The position numbers were made by a program, and so were the translations under genes. From Minisyncoccota bacterium (GTDB lineage: Bacteria > Patescibacteriota > Minisyncoccia > Phycocordibacterales > UBA2100): a DNA stretch of 64,000 nt. The notes beneath the pieces are model-generated. The model saw only the letters and a list, made by a program, of their open reading frames with translations, did not search any database and was not told where the DNA came from. Shown piece after piece: positions 57,120-64,000 of the stretch. The stretch covers positions 1,356 to 65,355 of the forward strand of contig JARLIE010000183.1 of NCBI GenBank assembly GCA_031291875.1. Direction: 5' to 3'. How positions within the stretch are numbered: position 1 is the first letter of the stretch; each line of letters opens with the position of its first letter.

Positions 57120-57977
57120 ATGGAACGGGGTCTCAAACTCCTTGCACGGGAGGATTTTCCTCCATTGCTGCGCGAAATCCCCAGCGTGCCCAAACAGCTG
57201 TATTTGCGAGGCGAACTTCCAAGCTTCGAGCGCAAATGGCTTGCTGTCGTCGGTTCGCGAGCGATGACCCCATACGGCAAGCGCGTCTGCGAACACCTGA
57301 TTGCAGGCCTAAGCGGCTACCCTGTGGTCATAGTCTCCGGCCTCGCGCACGGCGTGGACGCGCAGGCGCATCGCTGCGCGCTCGACGCTGGGCTTCCTAC
57401 CATCGCCGTTCCCGGCTCGGGACTGGACTGGAATGCCCTGTACCCGAAAGCAAATCTTCGTCTTGCGAAAGAAATCATTGAAAAGGGCGGCGCATTGCTC
57501 TCCGAAGAGTCGCCAGAAACCACAGGCGTGGATTGGGTATTTCCGCGTCGCAACAGAATTATGGCCGGTATGTGCGAGGCGACGTTGGTTGTCGAAGCAA
57601 AAGAAAAATCTGGATCGCTGATTACCGCGAAATTTGCGACCGACTTCAACCGCGAACTGCTCGTCGTTCCCGGTTCTATATTTTCGGAAGAGTCGAAAGG
57701 CTCGCATCAATTTTTGCGACTCGGTGCGGCGCCCGCGACCTGTGCCAACGACATTCTCCAAGCGCTTGGTATTACGCCCGAAACGAAAAACGCGACGCAG
57801 CGTGCCGATCTTTCCGCTGAAGAACGTCGAGTTATCGAGCTTATCGCCTCGCCACTTTCGCGCGACGAGCTTATCCGAACGCTTGCGCTGTCCACTCAAG
57901 AGGCCAACATTCTACTCTCGACGATGGAGCTCAAAGGCGTTATCGTCGAAGAACTCGGCGTGATCCGTTCAAAATGA
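57120..57977 (+). CDS. dprA: DNA processing protein DprA (Smf)
   Basis: Rossmann-like DprA core (AVVGSRAMTPYG...VIVSGLAHGVDAQAH...IMAGMCEATLVVEAKEKSGSLITA) and C-terminal winged helix. Confidence 0.9.
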   Translation: MERGLKLLAREDFPPLLREIPSVPKQLYLRGELPSFERKWLAVVGSRAMTPYGKRVCEHLIAGLSGYPVVIVSGLAHGVDAQAHRCALDAGLPTIAVPGSGLDWNALYPKANLRLAKEIIEKGGALLSEESPETTGVDWVFPRRNRIMAGMCEATLVVEAKEKSGSLITAKFATDFNRELLVVPGSIFSEESKGSHQFLRLGAAPATCANDILQALGITPETKNATQRADLSAEERRVIELIASPLSRDELIRTLALSTQEANILLSTMELKGVIVEELGVIRSK

Positions 57978-58747
57978 AAATCTACTCGTGGAACGTATTG
58001 TTTCGAAACAAAGAGCTCGACCGAGCTTTCGCATGTATCCAAACCCTCGAGTTCGATGTGCTCTGTCTGCAAGAAGTCCCGGACGTATTACTCGAACGGC
58101 TCAAGACCCTGCCACTGCACCTGAGATTCGAGGTCGATAACAGCCGACTTGAGGCGGGAAAACGATTCTCAATCTATTGCGTCGTGCTCTCAAAGCACCC
58201 GATTCTTGCAAGCGAGCGCATCGACTTCCCCAAGGTTGAGCGGCCGCTGCGTACGCGATGTTTTCAAGCGACACTTTGGCAGCTTCACGAACTTGGCGAA
58301 CGAGGCAGTTTGTTTGTCGACATCGAAACTCAAAATGGCCGAATGCGTGTTTTTTGTCTGCACCTGACACTCTCGTACCCATCGCAGATCATGCATGAGT
58401 TCGAGATCGCAATGCGCGCACGCGACGTTTCCATTCCGACGATCGTTTGCGGAGACTTCAATATATTAGAATCGCCACACATAACTCCCCTCAATTGGCT
58501 GCTCGGCGGACGTCTGCGCGACAGCTTCGCCTTCCGCAGCACTCGTCGGCACTTCGAAGAAACATTTGCGTTGCTTCGCCTCCAAAACCCGCTTCGTGGA
58601 AGCCCTACACAAACGATTTCTCGATCGCAACTCGATCACATTCTGGTTCCCGTCACGTTTCAGATCGTCCGTGCGAACGTACTTTCGGATCGGATAGGAT
58701 CGGATCACCATCCGGTATTCCTCGAAGCAGCGCCAGGCGTTCATTGA
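57974..58747 (+). CDS. endonuclease/exonuclease/phosphatase (EEP) family protein
   Basis: Its start overlaps the dprA stop. EEP motifs (LCLQEV, GDFN, SDHHPV). Confidence 0.85.
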   Translation: MKIYSWNVLFRNKELDRAFACIQTLEFDVLCLQEVPDVLLERLKTLPLHLRFEVDNSRLEAGKRFSIYCVVLSKHPILASERIDFPKVERPLRTRCFQATLWQLHELGERGSLFVDIETQNGRMRVFCLHLTLSYPSQIMHEFEIAMRARDVSIPTIVCGDFNILESPHITPLNWLLGGRLRDSFAFRSTRRHFEETFALLRLQNPLRGSPTQTISRSQLDHILVPVTFQIVRANVLSDRIGSDHHPVFLEAAPGVH

Positions 58748-58838
58748 TTATTCACCGTAGTGTGGCATATTGCCGCCAGTACTTGTTATTGTTGCGGTGT
58801 TGCGTCGCGTAAGAACCATTCCATGCAAGGAACGCGAC

Positions 58839-59342
58839 ATGCCGAGATCGAAAAGATGGGATAAACGCTGGGACTCGCTTACGCGAGAAAAGCAAGACCT
58901 CTACGTTACGCTGCTCTGGCAAGACGGCTATACAGAACAAGCTATCGCGGATTTTCTCCGCGCTACGAAAGGCACGATCGTGCGCCGAAGAAATACGGGC
59001 TTGAATCTCTCTTCGGAAGGCCGGGGTGCAGTCAAGCGTACTGTTGTCTACGAAAGGTTCGTGGATCTTCTGGATCTCCATAAGATTCGCGAGACCGAAG
59101 AGAAGAGCAATGGGAAAGTCACCGCGATTGCGCCGATTGACCAGCCCAGGGAACGCGAAGACGAAGGAGAACAAACGACGTCGCAGGCAGCCTACGACGA
59201 GCAGCGCACCGCTTCGCGAACGAAACCCAAATATCAGCTGACCGCCAATTGGCAGCTGCAGTGCAAGCACCGCGATGAGCGAGGACACCAATGTTCGTTC
59301 ATCAAGGAGCCCGGTTCGGACTACTGCAAAAAGCACCAATAA
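58839..59342 (+). CDS. small DNA-binding protein: sigma-70 region-4-like HTH plus C-terminal Cys/His zinc-ribbon-like motif
   Basis: AAGGA SD. LTREKQDLYVTLLWQDGYTEQAIADFLRATKGTIVRRRNTG is HTH-like. C-terminal C-x9-C-x11-C-x2-H. Confidence 0.45.
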   Translation: MPRSKRWDKRWDSLTREKQDLYVTLLWQDGYTEQAIADFLRATKGTIVRRRNTGLNLSSEGRGAVKRTVVYERFVDLLDLHKIRETEEKSNGKVTAIAPIDQPREREDEGEQTTSQAAYDEQRTASRTKPKYQLTANWQLQCKHRDERGHQCSFIKEPGSDYCKKHQ

Positions 59343-59356
59343 TGATCACGAGATCT

Positions 59357-59389
59357 ATGCCCGGCCGCGTAGCCGGGCATATCTTTTTA
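59357..59389 (+). terminator. Rho-independent terminator
   Basis: ATGCCCGGC-cgcgta-GCCGGGCAT followed by ATCTTTTT. Confidence 0.7.
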
Positions 59390-59439
59390 CGAGAAAAACT
59401 TGACACATGCTACTGTAGTGAAGTATCAATGCCACCCGT

Positions 59440-61605
59440 ATGAAGCTTGTAATAGTAGAATCACCTTCAAAAGCGAAAACCATCGAGAAGTATCTCGGCG
59501 GCGATTTTACGGTGCGAGCTTCCGTCGGTCACGTTCGAGACCTCCCGAAATCAAATAAAGACGCCGTCGACATTGAAGGCGGTTTCGTGCCTCGCTACCA
59601 GATTGTTGCCGAGAAACGAAAGGTTATCGATGAGCTCGAAAGCGAAGCAAAGAAGGCCAAGGAGGTCATTCTTGCAACGGACCCCGACCGCGAAGGCGAA
59701 GCGATCGCCTGGCACCTTGCACAAACCATGGGACTGAAAAAGCCCAAACGCATCGTCTTCCACGAAATCACCCAAAACGCGGTCCAGGAGGCACTCAAGC
59801 ACCCTCGCGCTATCGACGAGGAATTGGTACGAGCCCAGGAAGCTCGCCGGGTCCTCGATCGCCTCTTCGGCTACGATCTCTCCGGATTGGTTTGGAAAAA
59901 GGTTCGCTACGGCCTTTCGGCCGGACGCGTACAATCGCCCGCGCTTCGCATCATCATGGAGCGCGAGCGAGAGATTCGCGCGTTCGTCCCGGAGAAATTC
60001 TGGGTCGTAAGCGCCGATTTGAAAACAAAAAAAGGCGAGACCTTTACCGTGACCTGCGTCGAGGAGCCGCGTGACGAAAAAGAAGCGCAGCGCATCTACG
60101 AGGCGGCGCAAAGTAAGGAATGGAAAACTGTCTCAGTCGACGAAACCGAAGCGACGCGCGCTCCGCGCGCTCCGTTTACAACCTCGACGCTCCAGCAGAC
60201 CGCTTCGACGCGCCTTGGGCTTTCGCCTTCGCGCACCATGCAAATCGCGCAAAAACTCTACGAAGCCGGTCACATCACCTACATGCGTACCGACTCGACC
60301 AACCTAGCAAAGGAGGCGCAGCAAAACCTGCTCGAGGTCGCCAAAGATGAGTTCGGAGAAACGTATGCCGAGGCTCGCGTCTACAAGACAAAAAGCAAGA
60401 GCGCGCAGGAGGCGCACGAGGCTATCCGTCCGACAGATGCGAAGAAGCGCTCTTTAGGCGCAAATGAGGAACAAAAGAAACTCTATGCACTCATCCGAGC
60501 GCGAGCGCTTTCGAGCCAGATGACCGATGCTAAAATTCTTCGCACCAAACTCACCGCGACTGTCGAAAAGGCATCGATGCCCGATTTCACCGCCAACGGT
60601 TCTCGCGTCGTTTTCGACGGTTGGCTCGCAGCCGATCCGGACGCGCGCGGCGAAGACGTGCAGCTGCCGAAGGTTGCTGCGGGCGATCCGCTCACCCTCG
60701 TCGAGGCACACAGCGAAGGCAAAGAAACGCAGCCGCCGGGCCGCTACTCCGAAGCAGGTCTTGTCAAAGAACTCGAAAAGCGCGGTATCGGCCGACCGAG
60801 TACGTATGCCTCCATTATCCGCACGCTCGAGACGCGCGGGTACGTTGAAAAGCAGGGCCGCACGCTCATTCCGACAGCAACAGGCGACGTTGTTTCAACC
60901 TTCATTGAAAACAATTTCGGCGAGTACATCTCCGACACCTTCACCGCTGAAATGGAAGACGAGCTCGACGAGATCGCCGAAGGCAAGCGAAAGTATGAAA
61001 AGACTCTCAAGGATTTTTACACGCCCTTCACGAAAGCGGTGAAATCGAAAGCGAAAATCCCGAAAATCACTTCCATGGGCGACGCGCCAAAGGAATTCCC
61101 CTGCCCCATTTGCGGCGGACCGATGGAATACAAGCTCTCGAAGAACGGCCGCTTCATGTCGTGCAAACGCTTTCCAGAATGTCTCGGCGCACGTAAGGAA
61201 GACGGCAGCGAAATCGCGCCGCCGAAAGAATTGAATGAGCCGTGCCCTGAGTGCGGCGGTAAGCTCATCGAACGCGAAGGCCGTTTCGGTCGCTTCATTG
61301 CTTGCTCAAATTATCCCAAATGCAAATTCGTGAAAAAAGATCCCGAAGAAGAAGCGAAAGGAAAGACAGGTGTCCAGTGCCCGGTTTGTCACAAAGGCGA
61401 GATGGTCGAACGACGTGGTCGCTTCGGCGTTTTCTTTGCCTGCTCGAACTACCCCGATTGTAAAAATACGATCAAGGCTCGCCCAACCGGAAAAATCTGC
61501 GAACTGTGCGGTTCGCTGATGATGGAAGGTACCAAAACAATTCCCGAGCGCTGCAGCAACAAAGCGTGTCCCAACCACAATCCTCATAAACTTGCTAAAA
61601 AGTAA
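59440..61605 (+). CDS. topA: DNA topoisomerase I
   Basis: 721 aa. TOPRIM (LVIVESPSKAKTI), active-site Tyr region, three C-terminal C4 zinc ribbons. Confidence 0.97.
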   Translation: MKLVIVESPSKAKTIEKYLGGDFTVRASVGHVRDLPKSNKDAVDIEGGFVPRYQIVAEKRKVIDELESEAKKAKEVILATDPDREGEAIAWHLAQTMGLKKPKRIVFHEITQNAVQEALKHPRAIDEELVRAQEARRVLDRLFGYDLSGLVWKKVRYGLSAGRVQSPALRIIMEREREIRAFVPEKFWVVSADLKTKKGETFTVTCVEEPRDEKEAQRIYEAAQSKEWKTVSVDETEATRAPRAPFTTSTLQQTASTRLGLSPSRTMQIAQKLYEAGHITYMRTDSTNLAKEAQQNLLEVAKDEFGETYAEARVYKTKSKSAQEAHEAIRPTDAKKRSLGANEEQKKLYALIRARALSSQMTDAKILRTKLTATVEKASMPDFTANGSRVVFDGWLAADPDARGEDVQLPKVAAGDPLTLVEAHSEGKETQPPGRYSEAGLVKELEKRGIGRPSTYASIIRTLETRGYVEKQGRTLIPTATGDVVSTFIENNFGEYISDTFTAEMEDELDEIAEGKRKYEKTLKDFYTPFTKAVKSKAKIPKITSMGDAPKEFPCPICGGPMEYKLSKNGRFMSCKRFPECLGARKEDGSEIAPPKELNEPCPECGGKLIEREGRFGRFIACSNYPKCKFVKKDPEEEAKGKTGVQCPVCHKGEMVERRGRFGVFFACSNYPDCKNTIKARPTGKICELCGSLMMEGTKTIPERCSNKACPNHNPHKLAKK

Positions 61606-61632
61606 AAGACGCGGCGATGGCCGCGTCTTTCG
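61597..61632. terminator. bidirectional terminator hairpin (stronger U-tract on the minus strand)
   Basis: AAAGACGCGGC-gatg-GCCGCGTCTTT, preceded by AAAAAGTAAA on the plus strand (the U-tract for the minus-strand transcript). Confidence 0.6.
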
Positions 61633-61643
61633 GTAGTTGCCTC

Positions 61644-61823
61644 CTAGCCCTCGAGGCACAGTATGGCGGCGAGGTTCGTTTCCCGTTTCTCGGGTTCGGT
61701 GTCGCTGCGCCTGCTTGGACCGAACTCGCGTTCGGGCCAGGTATCGAGCGCCCAATTGAGACGCTCAGTTTCCGGCACGCCGCGCAGTTTCGCTTCTTCC
61801 ACGAGTTCTTGGATTAACGGCAT
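61644..61823 (-). CDS. hypothetical small protein (59 aa)
   Basis: Not in the ORF track. AGGAGA SD 5 nt upstream. Translation: MPLIQELVEEAKLRGVPETERLNWALDTWPEREFGPSRRSDTEPEKRETNLAAILCLEG. A terminator follows. Confidence 0.35.
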   Translation of the reverse strand: MPLIQELVEEAKLRGVPETERLNWALDTWPEREFGPSRRSDTEPEKRETNLAAILCLEG

Positions 61824-61911
61824 CTTCGTCTCCTCTTAGTAGGTTGTGATGGGCACCATTCACACTGGTGGCTTCATTTGACCAAACCGGAGCACAGAGT
61901 ACTATCATTTT

Positions 61912-63453
61912 ATGACCGGTGTCAAAGCCCGCCCCCTCAAAGAGATCCTCGATGCGATGACATCGAAGGAACCGGCCGACATCGAGCTCGTATCACAGGC
62001 GTACGAATTCTCGCAAACAGCGCACGGCGAACAGAAGCGGTATTCCGGCGACCCTTACTTTGTGCATCCGGCGGAGGTCGGTTTTCTCCTCGCCGAAGCC
62101 GGGCTCGATCCGCAAACGATCGTTGCAGGACTCCTGCACGACACGATTGAGGACGCGGGCGTCCAGCCGGCGACGATCGAAGAGCGTTTTGGCAAAGATG
62201 TCCTTACCCTGGTTGAAGGTGTAACCAAACTCGGAACCTTGCGGTATCGCGGTCTCGAACGACACACGGAATCACTCCGGAAGCTTTTTGCAGCGACCGC
62301 CAAAGATATTCGCGTACTCATCATCAAGCTGATGGATCGCTTGCACAACGCCCGCACGCTCGAGTATGTGCCGCGCCCGGAGAAACGCCTGCGTATCGCA
62401 CAAGAAACGCTTGAGATTTACGCGCCAATCGCCGACCGCCTTGGTATGAGCGTAACGAAGCAAGAACTGGAAGACGCAGCGTTCCCCTATGCGTTCCACA
62501 AGGAGTACGAAAAAGTCCGCGAGATTTTCAAGGAGCGAAAACCGGAAAACGAAAAGCGGCTCGAAAAAGTCGAGCACGATCTAAAACGCGAACTCGCAGG
62601 CGCGGGACTCCGCGAATTCCGCACCGAGGCCCGCATCAAAGGACTCTATAGCCTGTATCGAAAATTGGAGCGAAAAGATTGGGATATTTCGAAAATTTAC
62701 GACATGCGTGCGTTGCGCGTGATCTTTCCTTCCGTAGCGGATTGCTATTCCGCGCTCGGGGTCATCCACGCGCACTGGCGTCCGGTACCGGGAAAGATCA
62801 AAGATTACATTGCATTCCCCAAACCCAACGGGTATCAATCGATCCACACCACCGTCTACACCGGCGACGGTGGAGCGCTCGAAATCCAGCTGCGCACGGA
62901 GGCCCAACACCGCGAGGCGCTTTTTGGTATCGCCTCTCACCTCACCTACAAAGAGCGGCAAGAAAACGCTTCGACGGGTCGTGGGCGACGTAGCGGCCTC
63001 GATTGGGTTCGACAGTTTTTCCCGGGCCGACACCGCGACGAAGACGTCATCTCTCCGAGCGAAAAAGGCCTCGTACCACAGTGGGTCAAAGAGCTCGCAC
63101 ATGCACATCACGGGGCGCAAGAATCCGAAGAATATCTCGATACGCTAAAAAGCGATTTCTTTAGCCACCGCGTGTTCGTCTTTACCCCGAAGGGCGACGT
63201 CATCGATCTTCCCTTGGAAGCGACACCAATCGATTTTGCGTACGCGGTTCACTCGGACCTGGGTAATCACATGACCGGCGCGCGAGTCAACGGAAAAATG
63301 GTTTCGCTCGAAACCTCACTGCGCAACGGTGATGTTGTTGAAGTTATCACCAAACCGTCAGCAAAGCCTTCGCGCAAATGGCACGACATCGCGAAAACAA
63401 GCATGGCGAAGAAGCACATCCGGGCCGCGCTTGCTCACGAAGCAAAAAAATAA
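61912..63453 (+). CDS. relA: bifunctional (p)ppGpp synthetase/hydrolase Rel/SpoT, short form lacking the ACT domain
   Basis: HD hydrolase (HDTIED), synthetase domain (RALRVIFP...DYIAFPKPNGYQSIHT), TGS domain (VFVFTPKGDVIDLP). It ends after TGS at 513 aa. Confidence 0.92.
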   Translation: MTGVKARPLKEILDAMTSKEPADIELVSQAYEFSQTAHGEQKRYSGDPYFVHPAEVGFLLAEAGLDPQTIVAGLLHDTIEDAGVQPATIEERFGKDVLTLVEGVTKLGTLRYRGLERHTESLRKLFAATAKDIRVLIIKLMDRLHNARTLEYVPRPEKRLRIAQETLEIYAPIADRLGMSVTKQELEDAAFPYAFHKEYEKVREIFKERKPENEKRLEKVEHDLKRELAGAGLREFRTEARIKGLYSLYRKLERKDWDISKIYDMRALRVIFPSVADCYSALGVIHAHWRPVPGKIKDYIAFPKPNGYQSIHTTVYTGDGGALEIQLRTEAQHREALFGIASHLTYKERQENASTGRGRRSGLDWVRQFFPGRHRDEDVISPSEKGLVPQWVKELAHAHHGAQESEEYLDTLKSDFFSHRVFVFTPKGDVIDLPLEATPIDFAYAVHSDLGNHMTGARVNGKMVSLETSLRNGDVVEVITKPSAKPSRKWHDIAKTSMAKKHIRAALAHEAKK

Positions 63454-63599
63454 CTGAGAGCGAACGAAAGGAAATACCTTTCCTGGAGCGTATCCTTCAT
63501 TCACTGCTACTCTCGCTGACCCGATAAACGGTTCTGACTACTCACTTACGGTTGGCGATGCTCCGAGAAAGGCATTTCCCTTCGTTCGCCTAGCACCCT

Positions 63600-64000
63600 C
63601 TACACGGAGAAATTCGAAATCGAATACAAATCGTCCGAACTATCTTCTGGCTTCGGAACGACTGCTTCTTCCGTAGCTTGAACAGACTGCTCATCAACGA
63701 CGGCACCCGGCTGTTGCGAGAGCTGCGGCATTTCCTGGATTTTCGCGATCATATCTCGGATATGCGCGAGATCTTCAACGGAATAAAAATCGATCATGAC
63801 TTTGCCGCCATTGTCTTTCTTTTCAATACGGACGTTGGTGCCCAGCTTTTCCTGCAATTCGCGCTCAAGCGAAAGCAGCTCAGGAGTAAGGTCTGTTTTG
63901 CGCGTTCGCTCGGTCGCGATCCTACGCGCCATCTGCTCTGAGTCGCGTACGGTAAGTCGTCGTGTCAGTATCTCTTTGAAGAGCGTCGCTTGCTCAGCGA
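63600..64000 (-). CDS. parB: ParB/Spo0J-like protein, C-terminal part; the 5' end of the gene lies outside the window
   Basis: The ORF is open to the window edge. The C-terminal dimerisation-like segment ELQEKLGTNVRIEKKDNGGKVMIDFYSVEDLAHI resembles ParB C-termini. Confidence 0.55.
   Translation of the reverse strand, partial: AEQATLFKEILTRRLTVRDSEQMARRIATERTRKTDLTPELLSLERELQEKLGTNVRIEKKDNGGKVMIDFYSVEDLAHIRDMIAKIQEMPQLSQQPGAVVDEQSVQATEEAVVPKPEDSSDDLYSISNFSV

Noticed and set aside
57102-57296. N-terminal 65-codon extension of serS in the track ORF (to 57296)
   Set aside because: SerS homology begins at MLDIKFIREN. The extension overlaps the divergent dprA promoter region and start.
1-64000. 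CRISPR arrays, rRNA genes, transposases/integrases, and diversity-generating retroelements (reverse transcriptase + TR/VR)
   Set aside because: No regularly spaced direct repeats, rRNA signatures, DDE/tyrosine-recombinase ORFs or reverse-transcriptase (YxDD) ORFs were seen on either strand.

Overview
This is a 64 kb bacterial chromosomal segment with roughly 55-60% GC, dense housekeeping genes, and no rRNA, CRISPR array, transposase, integrase or reverse transcriptase that I can see. Genes I recognise from their own motifs are listed below by strand.

On the minus strand:
- A nucleotide-excision-repair cluster, uvrC (N-terminal fragment at the window edge) - uvrA - murB - uvrB.
- tyrS, preceded by an aldo-keto reductase gene.
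- msrA, lysS, pyrB, gdh, dnaX (short form), dus, ftsQ and serS.

On the plus strand:
- A MacAB-like efflux operon: a long HlyD-type adaptor, a MacB-type ATPase and an FtsX-like permease.
- The start of the dcw cluster, mraZ-rsmH-ftsL-ftsI. Upstream of mraZ sit four GTGG direct repeats at 10-bp periodicity.
- pepN, an Nramp transporter, dprA, topA and a short Rel/SpoT gene.

A second efflux locus (long HlyD paralogue - short HlyD - MFS - MarR - MliC-like protein) lies on the minus strand. The window ends inside a ParB-like gene. I find two tRNAs (tRNA-Glu CTC, tRNA-Gln TTG) and many Rho-independent terminator hairpins.

The accessory-looking content is:
- An operon of SAM-methyltransferase + small GNAT-fold (thermostable-hemolysin/LuxI-like) protein + orphan polytopic-membrane GAF histidine kinase.
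- Two long (about 30 bp arms, about 55-65 nt spacer) inverted repeats in intergenic regions.
- A run of four secreted or anchored low-complexity surface-protein genes.
- An IPT/FN3 secreted protein next to a Gly-rich IPNTG-type sortase substrate.
- A 549-aa Cys-rich/HTH/acidic protein upstream of dnaX.
- Several short ORFs below the 60-aa track cutoff that have a good RBS and their own terminator.
- A 650-bp gene-poor gap ending in a plus-strand terminator.

All protein calls rest on motif recognition by eye. None was confirmed by database search.
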